DNA of 43,603 bases from an uncultured Pirellulales bacterium (GTDB lineage Bacteria > Planctomycetota > Phycisphaerae > Sedimentisphaerales > Anaerobacaceae), in the NCBI GenBank assembly GCA_964440735.1, contig CAYTTK010000004.1:1-43603 (forward strand). The letters are read 5' to 3'. The notes beneath the pieces are model-generated. The model was not told where the DNA came from. It did not search any database and saw only the letters and a list, made by a program, of their open reading frames with translations. Shown piece after piece: positions 1 through 9,598 of the stretch (the first letter of the stretch is position 1; each line of letters opens with the position of its first letter). A program made the position numbers and the translations under genes.

Positions 1-3000
1 GAAAAGCATCTATAAGAATGTCAACACACTTATGCTCATGTAATGCACCGGCATATATTATGGAGTGGTCGTTCCTGCCGGCATCTTTCGACGAGTATAG
101 ATTGGTATCAATAAAGTTTGGAATAATCATGAGCTTTTCATCCTCGATGCCGTCATTATGCAATGAGACCCTGTGTAACTCCGATAGGCAAACCACCACG
201 TCGAAGTCGCTCATATATGATAATGATACGAGGTCGTCGGCTCGCCAACAGTGCTGCCACAGTATCCAAATCTGCCCGGGGGGCTTGGGCAAACCTTTGA
301 AATATCGAACGTGTGTTGCGAAGAAAACTATATCATAGTTTGCAAGAAACTCTGCTTTTTTATTGAATTTCGGCAGTGGAATAATCTGCAGGGATTCATA
401 CCGCTCAGGATAATTTACGAGATTACCGGTTATGTGAATCTCCACATCGGTGTTGTTGTTAAGCATTCTTGCGAAGTTCAGTACTGCTATTACCGTTCCT
501 GCAGGACTGGTTTCACTGGGATTACCTATTCTGTCATAATAGAACAATATCTTTTGTTGAATGATACGGGGTGATAACAAATCTTGTACCCAGTCATAAT
601 CAGGCCTGATTTTTAAGAGCTTCTCCAAGCTACTGCGTGCTCCCGCAAGGTCGCCCTGATTTTTCTGCGACATTATCAGCGCGAAGGACGCCTGCCAATC
701 CTCTTGTTTAGCCTGTTCAGCGGCTACCCGGTAATCTTCCAATACTTCACTGACTTGCCCCAATTGTCTGCGTCTTAATCCCCGCCAGAAGTATGGCAGT
801 CCACGTTCAGGGTATTTTTCAACTGCTTTAAGGATATTTTCATAAACGCTATCCGGACAGTTCGCAATTTCCTGCCAGGCCTGAACTAGGCTTGTAACCG
901 GATACAAATCAGGATGGCAGGTAGCGATAAATGCCCAAGCTAACTTTAAGTTATGCTTGATTGTTTTATGATACATGCTCTGAAGATTTACACGGTAGAG
1001 GAAAAGAGGCTCACTTATCCGCCGAACAACGGGATTATGTTTGAAACAACTTATCCAGAAATTCCAGTCTTCAGGCTGAACAATCACGTTTATTAGATTG
1101 TCATATCCACCAACTTTACGCCAGAGCTCCTTTCTGTAAATAGATGCGTAAGGCAAGGTATTCTCAGACATAAGCCGAAAACGTGAGCTCTCGGCAGGTA
1201 TCCATTTGCCAGTTGTAGCCCCAAATTCCTGCAGGTTAGCAAAGACGATATCCACTTTTTCTTCCTGCTGAATTATATTCACCGCCCCCTGCATAAAGGT
1301 TTGTTCAAACATATCGTCGCTATCCAGCGGTAAAATCCACTCGTTTACGGCAACCGATATTGCCGTGTTTCTCGTATCTGCCAATCCAGAATTTTGTGGT
1401 TTGTTGATAAGCCGAATCTTATGATTTGGATACTTCTCTATTAGCTGCCTTGCGACCTCAATAGTATTGTCAGTGCTGCAGTCATTAGCAATAACACATT
1501 CCCAATTTTTATATGTTTGATTTATAATAGACTCAACTGCCTCAGGAAGATAACAAGCTTGATTGTAGCACGGGATAATTACAGATATTCCGATTGCGTT
1601 GTCACCGGCTTTTTTGAAATCGAAGCTGACTTCCTGATGGACTCCATTGCTCATAAAGCCAGCATACTTGTTTACATCAATAATCATTCCCTGCTGATAA
1701 ATTTGCGCCAAACTTTCAGATCTGTAGTTCTCATTCGCGCCTGACCTGTTTTGCTCATATATGTTCTGAACCTTGTTGGCGGGGTTGCAGAAAGTTACAC
1801 TCGTGTGATAACACAGTAGCTTTGGTCGGGTTTGCTTGAACTGCTCATCTGAGGTCATTTGCATCTCGAGTGTATTGGGATTCAGGAAATCCAGGTCGGA
1901 CAGAAAACCGGCTATTTCTTTCGAGCGATAAATCGAACTCGATACCTCAAGCGAATAGTTGTAGTCATACTCAGCCACAGTCCAGTCATATTTAAGAATA
2001 GAATCCGTGACCTTTTCGAACAGGGGTCGTTTTTGTTCGGTATCGGTCATATAACAGTAAGTGGTGTTTTCCCCCAGCCGAAGTGAAAAGCCAATTGCAT
2101 CTGTTTTTTGGTCCAGAGCAGCAGTTATATCGCTGATGTGAAAATGCTTGGTAAAGATATTATCGTCAACCAGGAACAAGATGTAGTCGCATTTCTCTAA
2201 TACTGATAAAACTTGTTCCCTGAAGTTGCTTTCTTCGACAAAGTTGATACCTGGGAACCTGCTCTTTAATTCAGCGTATTGTCCGGCATGCAATTCATTC
2301 GACGCTTTGTACAGCACAGTCAGATGTACATTATCATGGTCTTGGCAATGCAGTAAAAAAGATTCAATGGTCGCTTGTAACTGCATCGCTCGGTCTTTAC
2401 TGAAGATAAGGCCAATCATATCATATTTTTTGCCGTTCTGCTGTTTGATATGTTGTTTAGCTCTGTATACAGGTTCGGCTATGGTGACGGTTTTAACACC
2501 TCGATGCTTCAGAATAGCTGCACGATGAACACCATCGAGAATTTGATACTTATTGTCTTTGAGCGCCTTGGCGAGAATTAAGCTTCTCCTGCCATCCTTG
2601 GTTATATAGTCATACTTAAAATTTGAGAGCATTAGGTCATAAGCTTCGGGAAAGTGGTCCTCCGTTAATTGTTTGCCAAAATATTTTTTGTGATAATTCT
2701 GGTAAACGGCCCTATCTCCAGTTAAATATTTATAGTGGGGCGTCTGCGTTATTTGTACCACCCCAACTCCCAATATGTTGGCATATAGACTGTCTGTATC
2801 AACTTCCTTAACGAGGTAATCGTCAAAAGGTTCTATATGGAAAGGTACATCCAAATCTGGGTTTTGTTGTCTGGTATAAAACGCCGGAGGCGGTAAGCCT
2901 AAAACTTTTAGAACGTTCTCTACCTGACTTTCGTAATCAGAGGCGTGTATTACATGGTCTTCAGTTCTTTTGCCATTGATTCTTGGATTAAATTTATTTC

Positions 3001-3973
3001 TTATTTCCTCCTTGGTCTCTACTATTAGTTGACTTTGGACATGCCTGAACTCACCTTCACCAAAGAATCTTTCCTGTGGATTGTTATTTCTTATCAAAAT
3101 TAAGATTATTTCCGGCTTGGTATTTAAAAGATAGCGTGTTTTAGCGATTAAATGACGTAATGGAACTGAGTCACAAGAATAAATACCATCAACGAACTTA
3201 CTAATATCAGCTACATTCTTTTTTTGTATGGCAATAATTTCAAAATTATTTTGTCTCCTTATAATATCCAAAATTTGGTCAGTGTACTGGAGCCCATGTC
3301 CCCAGATTAGAAAATAGTCAATCCGCCGCTTATTTTCTGAGCCATCAGTGATTAATTCATTTTTGGAAACATTCAGATTGGTTTTCCCATTTACTTGCTC
3401 AATTGAAGTGTTCAGATTTGTATATCTTTTGAGAACATTAATAAAATCAAGGTTGTTAAACTTTTGAACGTATTTCCAGTGCTTGATTTTGTCTGGTCGT
3501 TTATCCTTGTATTCGATGTATTCGAGAAATCTGATTGCGAGGTCATGCTCCAGAGACGGTACCAGAATGTCTACACCGTCCCGAATAATCTTTTCTCTGC
3601 TATCCAAAACAACATCGGAATAATGTCGGCCTACGATGATATTTTCGTATATGGAAAGTGTATTCAGCAGGTCAAATTTAAAATTTAATCTTTGAGCTTT
3701 TGGGGGGTAGAAATCGACCTGCAGATTTTTATCCTCCGTATGGACTTCTATTTGAAATCCCTGCTTTTCGTATGCTTTGCCCACCTTCAGTATATGTGCC
3801 AAAAAATCATCTCTATTTCTACAGAGTATATCAACATCGCTATAATCAAAATAATTAGGAAAACTATCAGATAGTCTTAATATCACATAGTCATCAATGT
3901 TTTTGAAGAATTCTCTGAGGTCGATAAGATTCGAATATTCTTTTTCACTAAGATTCTTTGAATGGTCACTCAT
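1..3973 (-). CDS. Giant multidomain glycosyltransferase, 3'-truncated by the window edge (>=1324 aa). Domain order: NTase-like N-terminus, ParB/Srx-like DGxHR motif, two GT-A modules, TPR region, start of a GT-B (GT4-like) module
   Basis: Hand translation of the reverse complement. ATG at 3973, with an in-frame stop upstream at 3998-4000. The frame stays open down to position 2 with no stop, so it is missing from the ORF track. Motifs read: YSDVDILCRNRDDF (NTase-like); YQILDGVHRAAILKHRGV (ParB/Srx-like); SKDRAMQLQATIESFLLHC...YILFLVDD (GT-A-like); GISVIIPCYNQACYLPEAVESIINQTYKNWECVIANDCSTDNT...ILPLDSDDMF (classic GT2); TPR-like LPYFWRGLRRRQLGQVSEVLEDYRVAAEQ; ILFYYDRIGNPSETSPAGTVIAV...IIYAGALHEHKCVDILIDAF (GT-B/GT4 N-half). 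Confidence 0.8.
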   Translation of the reverse strand, partial: MSDHSKNLSEKEYSNLIDLREFFKNIDDYVILRLSDSFPNYFDYSDVDILCRNRDDFLAHILKVGKAYEKQGFQIEVHTEDKNLQVDFYPPKAQRLNFKFDLLNTLSIYENIIVGRHYSDVVLDSREKIIRDGVDILVPSLEHDLAIRFLEYIEYKDKRPDKIKHWKYVQKFNNLDFINVLKRYTNLNTSIEQVNGKTNLNVSKNELITDGSENKRRIDYFLIWGHGLQYTDQILDIIRRQNNFEIIAIQKKNVADISKFVDGIYSCDSVPLRHLIAKTRYLLNTKPEIILILIRNNNPQERFFGEGEFRHVQSQLIVETKEEIRNKFNPRINGKRTEDHVIHASDYESQVENVLKVLGLPPPAFYTRQQNPDLDVPFHIEPFDDYLVKEVDTDSLYANILGVGVVQITQTPHYKYLTGDRAVYQNYHKKYFGKQLTEDHFPEAYDLMLSNFKYDYITKDGRRSLILAKALKDNKYQILDGVHRAAILKHRGVKTVTIAEPVYRAKQHIKQQNGKKYDMIGLIFSKDRAMQLQATIESFLLHCQDHDNVHLTVLYKASNELHAGQYAELKSRFPGINFVEESNFREQVLSVLEKCDYILFLVDDNIFTKHFHISDITAALDQKTDAIGFSLRLGENTTYCYMTDTEQKRPLFEKVTDSILKYDWTVAEYDYNYSLEVSSSIYRSKEIAGFLSDLDFLNPNTLEMQMTSDEQFKQTRPKLLCYHTSVTFCNPANKVQNIYEQNRSGANENYRSESLAQIYQQGMIIDVNKYAGFMSNGVHQEVSFDFKKAGDNAIGISVIIPCYNQACYLPEAVESIINQTYKNWECVIANDCSTDNTIEVARQLIEKYPNHKIRLINKPQNSGLADTRNTAISVAVNEWILPLDSDDMFEQTFMQGAVNIIQQEEKVDIVFANLQEFGATTGKWIPAESSRFRLMSENTLPYASIYRKELWRKVGGYDNLINVIVQPEDWNFWISCFKHNPVVRRISEPLFLYRVNLQSMYHKTIKHNLKLAWAFIATCHPDLYPVTSLVQAWQEIANCPDSVYENILKAVEKYPERGLPYFWRGLRRRQLGQVSEVLEDYRVAAEQAKQEDWQASFALIMSQKNQGDLAGARSSLEKLLKIRPDYDWVQDLLSPRIIQQKILFYYDRIGNPSETSPAGTVIAVLNFARMLNNNTDVEIHITGNLVNYPERYESLQIIPLPKFNKKAEFLANYDIVFFATHVRYFKGLPKPPGQIWILWQHCWRADDLVSLSYMSDFDVVVCLSELHRVSLHNDGIEDEKLMIIPNFIDTNLYSSKDAGRNDHSIIYAGALHEHKCVDILIDAF

Positions 3974-4160
3974 TTCACTATAATCCGCTTTAGGTTTTTA
4001 TCCATTTTACACATGCCTGATTCACCGATGGTTTCTCCCAAGAGACCACATCCAGTTTGCAGTCAGCCGCTATTCCCATAACAGCAGCCCCCAAAACTAA
4101 AATGCCACTCTAATAAGTATTCAATGTTATTATTTTCTATACAGAACACCTCAGTTACAG

Positions 4161-4493
4161 CTATATGCTGCCACGGTAAATATGAAGTGTCCTTCTGCCT
4201 TTACGAATTCGGCTTAGCTGTTCGTTTGTCTCAGCTATCTGAGCCGATAGGGCCAGAGATAACTGTTCATATAACTTTTGCAATTTCTCCCCTTGATTTT
4301 TAAGGTCAACCCGCTCAAGAATCCTGCTCTGCACGCATTTTTCCACGAGAGAGTTGGCCTGTTTGCTTAAAGACTCAACACCTTTGATGTCACCTTTATG
4401 GGCCAGTTCTATCTGTTTTTCCAGCAAGGTCTGTAAGTCATTTAGCAAATTTTCGTCTTTCTTTGAAATATGCCTAACGCCGTTGGCATTCAT
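4161..4493 (-). CDS. Small coiled-coil protein of unknown function (possible export-chaperone-like helper; speculative)
   Basis: 110 aa, all-helical heptad-like sequence (LLNDLQTLLEKQIELAHKGD...LQKLYEQLSLALSAQIAETNEQL). AGGAG lies 12 nt upstream of the ATG. Last small gene of the sigma54-driven TPR/GT operon. Confidence 0.5.
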   Translation of the reverse strand: MNANGVRHISKKDENLLNDLQTLLEKQIELAHKGDIKGVESLSKQANSLVEKCVQSRILERVDLKNQGEKLQKLYEQLSLALSAQIAETNEQLSRIRKGRRTLHIYRGSI

Positions 4494-4499
4494 TCGAAT

Positions 4500-5171
4500 T
4501 TATGCTCCTGCTTGTCTTTTCTGAGCCAGATTGTGTTCGACTTCCTCCAGCAGATTTGTTGCGTCTTTGTTGTCGGGGTCCAGAACTAACAGGTCCATAA
4601 GGAGCTCTTTGGACAGGTCAAACCTGCCATCTTTCATATATAATGCTGCCAGCGGAAACATAACGGAAGTATCACCAGGGTGCATATTCAAATACACTTC
4701 CAGATAGTAGATAACCTTTGCGAAAGTGCCCATCTGGCAAGATGTTTGGAACAGACCGAGAAGGGCTATCAGGTTTTCACTATCCAGCTCAAGAGATTTA
4801 AGATACATCTTAAAGGCCTGCTCGTAATCGGCCCTTTGCTGAGCAACCATAGCCAGACCGGCATAGGCCCTGGCACAATTATTGTCCAGCCGACAAGCGA
4901 CTCTGAAAGCTATTTCAGCATCGTCTAAGAGATTTCTCTGCAAGGCCACTACTCCAAGACCAACATAAGGTCCAGGTTCGTCAGGTGCTAACGTAGCAGC
5001 TTTTTCGTAGCTTTGTTGTGCTTGTGTGTAGTTGCCAACGGAATTGTAGCAATCGCCAAGTTCCTGCAGGACTTCGTAACGTTGAGTTACATCATCTTGC
5101 TGGTGGCTTTCATTCTGCGAGTTATTGTAGAATGGCGTCTCTTGGTCAATGTCGTTTTTTGTTATATCCAT
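4500..5171 (-). CDS. TPR-repeat protein
   Basis: 223 aa with repeated TPR-type A/Y/G patterns (YTQAQQSYEKAATLAPDEPGPYVGLG; ARAYAGLAMVAQQRADYEQAFKMYLKSLELD). Its start overlaps the stop of the upstream GT gene by 10 nt. Confidence 0.7.
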   Translation of the reverse strand: MDITKNDIDQETPFYNNSQNESHQQDDVTQRYEVLQELGDCYNSVGNYTQAQQSYEKAATLAPDEPGPYVGLGVVALQRNLLDDAEIAFRVACRLDNNCARAYAGLAMVAQQRADYEQAFKMYLKSLELDSENLIALLGLFQTSCQMGTFAKVIYYLEVYLNMHPGDTSVMFPLAALYMKDGRFDLSKELLMDLLVLDPDNKDATNLLEEVEHNLAQKRQAGA

Positions 5172-6757
5172 AACAATTCTTTTCTTTCAATTATTTGTTC
5201 CGCTTGTTCAAGCAATTTAACCGCCGACTCAAAATCTTTTTTTGTCCGCTTGATTTTTGCTTCTAATAAAAGTGTGTTAACAACTGGTCGTTGATGGTTT
5301 ACTTCACAGCAAAGCTGTTCTGCTCTATCGAGGTTGCCGGCGTTAAAAAAAGCTCTTGCTGCCAGTGTCTTCATCCATAGTCGGTTTTTATAATTCTCAG
5401 CGATATATTCAAACATCCGGGCCGCCGCCATCCATTTTCCGTTTTTCTCTGCTAACATGGTCTGCTCGAATAGTTGGTCAAACTGGAAAGGAATCTCCTT
5501 GGCAAGCACACGCCTTGTTAAAATGCCAGCCGCCTTTAAGGACTGACGAATTGCCAGATGCGGAAACTCTCTGCGAGCACTTTTAAAGTCATCTTTTTTT
5601 GCTACTATCGCCCAGAGTTCATCTGTTGAATCTTCCAGTTCAAGCACTTCACGATTGGATGAGCTATTAATCAAGGCATAAAGAGAATCTTCCAACCAAA
5701 ATTTTCTTACAGGAAATCCACTCGGTACTACTGCGGTGTATTGGCCATCACATTGAGCAAGGGCTGAATCTATCCGCTGGGCTTGTGGTGCGAGTGAATC
5801 TATCGGCACGTTGATTATGCTCGGCATATTTATACTTAGATGCTCGAAATCAGTTTGTGACAGGGGTAGATAAATTTGATACGGATAAAAAGTGTATTGT
5901 CGGATAGAATTAATAGTTTGCTTTGCCTGCTTATCTGGTTGTTCCGTAACAAAGATGATTGACAAATCTTTGATTTTTGGCCAGGGTTTGGGTGGCCTTG
6001 TGGTTCGTATCATCAGGACATTACTTAAATACTCGTTTTTATCTTTACGTCGTTGAACCGATATCCTGTTACATTCATCGACAGGATTGTAATACTCACC
6101 GGTGATTTCATATACGTGATGAAAATCTGAGAAAAAGGCCAGCCGTCGGGTTATGTCCCAATCAATTAAAACGTTAAGCTCTTCATTGTAAGGGCCGGTT
6201 TTTTCTATCAAGGCCCTGTGATGCATAAGAGACACATGTAGAACATGATTAAAATACAACATTAAGAAGCGGTCGAAGTCTCTACTTACTTCGACAACTT
6301 TGCTGAGAATTTGCCGGTTGCCATCAGGCATAACCCTGCAACACACTTTATACAGGTCACTATATGCGACCTGGCAATCGGTGTGGTTTTCAAGGGCATC
6401 GACCAGTGTTTCGATATGATTGGGATAATATAAGTCATCATCGTCAAGATAAGCGATATATTTGCCTTCAGCTCTGCTTAAGGCCTGGTTGAGACAGAAG
6501 GCCTTACCAAGATTTTTCTTTCCATTGATATATAACAGCCGAGAGTCGTTAAACGAATTAATTGTATCTCTTACGTCCTCACCGCCATCATTGACCACAA
6601 TAACCTGCAAATTTGTGTAGCTCTGCTTTAAGACACTGGTCAGTGCCTCAGCTAAATATCGGGGCCGGTTAAAAGTCGGGATAAGCACGCTGACAACCGG
6701 CCCAATCTTTCTCTGATAGTTCTCTGTCATCGGAAGAGTATCCAAGTCAGCTTTCAA
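5162..6757 (-). CDS. GT2-family glycosyltransferase with C-terminal TPR-like region
   Basis: VSVLIPTFNRPRYLAEALTSVLKQSYTNLQVIVVNDGGED...YIAYLDDDDLYYPNH matches the GT-A/GT2 signature including DxD. The C-terminal about 100 aa is TPR-like. The track start is TTG 6757; ATG at 6730 (MTENYQRKIGPVVSVLIP...) is an equally plausible start. Confidence 0.8.
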   Translation of the reverse strand: MKADLDTLPMTENYQRKIGPVVSVLIPTFNRPRYLAEALTSVLKQSYTNLQVIVVNDGGEDVRDTINSFNDSRLLYINGKKNLGKAFCLNQALSRAEGKYIAYLDDDDLYYPNHIETLVDALENHTDCQVAYSDLYKVCCRVMPDGNRQILSKVVEVSRDFDRFLMLYFNHVLHVSLMHHRALIEKTGPYNEELNVLIDWDITRRLAFFSDFHHVYEITGEYYNPVDECNRISVQRRKDKNEYLSNVLMIRTTRPPKPWPKIKDLSIIFVTEQPDKQAKQTINSIRQYTFYPYQIYLPLSQTDFEHLSINMPSIINVPIDSLAPQAQRIDSALAQCDGQYTAVVPSGFPVRKFWLEDSLYALINSSSNREVLELEDSTDELWAIVAKKDDFKSARREFPHLAIRQSLKAAGILTRRVLAKEIPFQFDQLFEQTMLAEKNGKWMAAARMFEYIAENYKNRLWMKTLAARAFFNAGNLDRAEQLCCEVNHQRPVVNTLLLEAKIKRTKKDFESAVKLLEQAEQIIERKELLWI

Positions 6758-8168
6758 TCAACATTTTATTTGAATCTACTTCAGTTTCGAACTGGGCGAA
6801 AAGGTTGTTTGTTTTTTTCAACAGACTTCCCAGCGGGTAATTTTCTTCGACAAATCTGCGATACTTTTCGGGTTCGTATTTGTCGGAAAGAATTTGCCGA
6901 CAAAATTCTTCGGATATGTTGAACAAAAATTCAGATGGGAATATTTGGTCCGCTCCGGGGAAATTATGGATTACCGGCTTTAGGCCACAGGCCATCCCTT
7001 CCAGTATCCCCATACCCTGGCTTTCCCCGATGCTGCAGGAGATAATATAGTGTTTGTCTTGCAACCAGGAATTTATATCTACCTGCCAGCCGTCGAAGAA
7101 CACCGCATCTGAAAGCTCGAGCGTCCGCACCATATATTTGATATACTGCTCGAGCATTGCGTCCTGAAAAGTTCCTGCAAAGTATAGTTTGTGTTCCGGG
7201 TCAATATAGTGCAGCTTTTGCATACATTGCAAAAGGAACATGGGATTCTTTCTCATATTCAGGTAACCTACACATGCGAGATTTTTACCGCGCTGCTTGC
7301 CATCAAAATTACACTTATCAAGGTTAACACCATTTGGAATCGTAACAACCTTTGTGCGATTTTCGATGTCCGGCACCTGTTTAAGTAGAGCATCTCTGAC
7401 AAATGAGTTTCCAACCGTGATGAGTATATCGATATTTTCCCATTGGACCTGGCTTGGCCAGTTATTGTAAGCTTCGAAGCGGTGAAGTCTGATAATATTT
7501 TTGCAGACCTTCGGCAGTTTTGAAGCCATGACTGCAAGATTTGTGCACCACTCGAACCAAGAGATGTCACTCCATTTCATCACTTCATATATCTGGTCAA
7601 TATTTTGTCCTTCGTGTAATCGCGTTACGTACCGATGTTTGGTGAATTCACAAATATCTGTCAGGAACTTTAAATCACCGGTTAGTCCGCAGAAGAAGGC
7701 TATCTTCGGCCTTTTGCTACGAATCACATCTATCATCGGTTTCAGAATTTCCTGGTTGGGGGAGATTTGAAGTGAGCGAAGTAGAGTTTCGATTGCGTCG
7801 GCTTTATTATCCTGGTTTAAAAATACATTGGCGGTTCTATTAAGCACATCCGCGTTTAATATACCCAATTGCTGCATCTGGTCAAAGAGCGTCACAACTT
7901 CGTCTGCTCTGCCGGCCGAGAGATACGCTTCCACTAAATTCCAGATTGTTTCCGCGGAATTGCCCTGGAGGTTCTTCGCTTTAACAAAAGACTCGATGGC
8001 TTCATTTGTGTTCCCAAGGCAGTAGAGAATCGCCCCTGCATCATTCAGTGCCTGTGCATCATCAGGTGCGGTGCGGAGATACTCCTGGATGTAGCTGATG
8101 GCCTGCTGATACTGACCAGCCTCAGCTAACTTCAGAGCTTTTTGATAATTGTTGAGATTCGTTTCCAT
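6747..8168 (-). CDS. N-terminal TPR plus C-terminal GT-B (GT4-like) glycosyltransferase; FlmG-like architecture
   Basis: The first about 150 aa are TPR (YQKALKLAEAGQYQQAISYIQEYLRTAPDDAQALNDAGAILYCLG...). The C-terminus has a GT-B E-x7-E-type region (SCSIGESQGMGILEGMACGLKPVIHNFPG). RBS AAAGGGG precedes the ATG. First gene after a sigma54 promoter, directly downstream of flgL. Confidence 0.75.
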   Translation of the reverse strand: METNLNNYQKALKLAEAGQYQQAISYIQEYLRTAPDDAQALNDAGAILYCLGNTNEAIESFVKAKNLQGNSAETIWNLVEAYLSAGRADEVVTLFDQMQQLGILNADVLNRTANVFLNQDNKADAIETLLRSLQISPNQEILKPMIDVIRSKRPKIAFFCGLTGDLKFLTDICEFTKHRYVTRLHEGQNIDQIYEVMKWSDISWFEWCTNLAVMASKLPKVCKNIIRLHRFEAYNNWPSQVQWENIDILITVGNSFVRDALLKQVPDIENRTKVVTIPNGVNLDKCNFDGKQRGKNLACVGYLNMRKNPMFLLQCMQKLHYIDPEHKLYFAGTFQDAMLEQYIKYMVRTLELSDAVFFDGWQVDINSWLQDKHYIISCSIGESQGMGILEGMACGLKPVIHNFPGADQIFPSEFLFNISEEFCRQILSDKYEPEKYRRFVEENYPLGSLLKKTNNLFAQFETEVDSNKMLIES

Positions 8169-8236
8169 TATGCCCCTTTAGCTTATCTGTAATTCTTAAA
8201 CCGGTGGCCTGAGAGACAAAAATCAGAGAAGATAGG

Positions 8237-8252
8237 TGCAAATTTCGTGCCG
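8237..8252 (-). promoter_or_regulatory. Sigma54 (-24/-12) promoter candidate for the TPR/glycosyltransferase operon
   Basis: The minus strand reads CGGCAC-GAAAT-TTGCA, with GG and GC separated by exactly 10 nt. It lies about 70 bp upstream of ATG 8168. Confidence 0.6.
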
Positions 8253-8374
8253 TTTGCTTAAATCAATATATATTTTCGATTTTGCAGTTTTGTCCCGAAA
8301 GCCCGTATAAAAATCAAACATTTATGTCGTTCAAACATCCATTTCTCCCCGGAACAGGACTCTACCCCCGGTAG

Positions 8375-9562
8375 TTAATCGATGAAATCCAGCAGCGACA
8401 TGGATAGAAGTTTTGCAGCCACTGATAAAGACATCTGGTATAGCACCTCATGACGAGATAAGTCTATAGCAACCTGGGTAATGTCTGCTTCCTGGAGGCG
8501 GGTTACTTCATCTTCAGCGTTATATTTCAGGTTTGTAAGAGTTTCCTTTAGGTTATCCAGAAAGCCAACTTTTGCTCCAAGGCAGGTTTGATTTTGAACC
8601 AAAAGATTCATTATTTCGTCCAATGGCTGCAAAGAGCTCATCTGAAGCTCATGCAGTTGGGCGTCTGAAAGCTCTCTCTCGTTTTTCAATATATCCCGGG
8701 TTGTTATAAGCATGTTGAATATATCGTAAGTCCCTGGTACGCGGACAAGTTCGACGCCGGTACTGCTCAATTCGGTAGTGTCAACATATAACACTTTTCC
8801 GGTTCTTGAGTCCGTTACAGCTTGGTTTGTATCCCCATCGGAGGGGACAGTTACATAGCTTGCCCCGTCATCGATAGACAATTTATAATTGGAGCCGTCG
8901 TGGATTACCGTCAGCCAAACATCACCCGTGACGCTCGATGTTCCAGCGCCGGCTTTGGCACCGGTGTCACCCATAAAAATCGGAGCACTTCGGCTATCGG
9001 AACGAAACACACTGTCACCTACGTAAAAAGCACCGACTTGAGCATTAGGCGCTACTTCTATATTTCTTTCCTCAAAACTTCCTTGATAGGTCACATGGGT
9101 AATTTCTCCATTAGTGCGTTCTACAACGTAAGGGGCAGACGTTGTATTGCTTCCTCCAAAAAGATACTGGTCCATATGCTTGGTGTTAGCCAATAGAACT
9201 ATTTGTTCAAGTGCATCGTCTATTACTTCTGCTACACGTTGTTGTCCCGCTCGGTCATAGATTCCACTGGCAATTTGAGTTAGGCGAGTTTTAACTTCTG
9301 TCAAGATCGATACCATATTTCCAAAAATCGTAGATGAAAGCTCGAGGGTTGTAGTGATATTCGATAAATTGCCCATGTAATTTTCGAAGGATTTTTGTTG
9401 AGAGTTGAGCCCCAAGATCTGGTATGCAGCAGAAGGTTCATCGGAGGGCCGATTTATATAGGAACCGGTTGATGCCTGCTCCTGCAAGCGAGCCAGGGCT
9501 TCGGTGTGCAAACGCAACGCAAAGCTAATGTCATTATAGATGCTATTTAATGACCCACTCAT
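8375..9562 (-). CDS. flgL: Flagellar hook-filament junction protein FlgL (HAP3)
   Basis: 395 aa with flagellin-type N-terminal helix (LARLQEQASTGSYINRPSDEPSAAYQILGL) and a C-terminal helical segment. Sits immediately downstream of flgK. Confidence 0.85.
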   Translation of the reverse strand: MSGSLNSIYNDISFALRLHTEALARLQEQASTGSYINRPSDEPSAAYQILGLNSQQKSFENYMGNLSNITTTLELSSTIFGNMVSILTEVKTRLTQIASGIYDRAGQQRVAEVIDDALEQIVLLANTKHMDQYLFGGSNTTSAPYVVERTNGEITHVTYQGSFEERNIEVAPNAQVGAFYVGDSVFRSDSRSAPIFMGDTGAKAGAGTSSVTGDVWLTVIHDGSNYKLSIDDGASYVTVPSDGDTNQAVTDSRTGKVLYVDTTELSSTGVELVRVPGTYDIFNMLITTRDILKNERELSDAQLHELQMSSLQPLDEIMNLLVQNQTCLGAKVGFLDNLKETLTNLKYNAEDEVTRLQEADITQVAIDLSRHEVLYQMSLSVAAKLLSMSLLDFID

Positions 9563-9598
9563 TATAATCCCACAAAGAAATTTTAAAAGTTTGGCTGT

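Noticed and set aside
18-3874. Eight short plus-strand ORFs from the track (18-338, 251-574, 1517-1744, 1859-2086, 2226-2528, 2623-2811, 3464-3688, 3692-3874)
   Set aside because: All lie antisense to, or out of frame with, the continuous minus-strand ORF of at least 1324 codons, which carries clear GT2/GT4/TPR motifs. Their products are Cys/Phe-rich and low-complexity, and none has an RBS. They are shadow ORFs.
4871-4886. TGGCAC-AATTA-TTGT on the plus strand
   Set aside because: It lacks the -12 GC, lies inside a minus-strand TPR gene, and has no plus-strand gene downstream.
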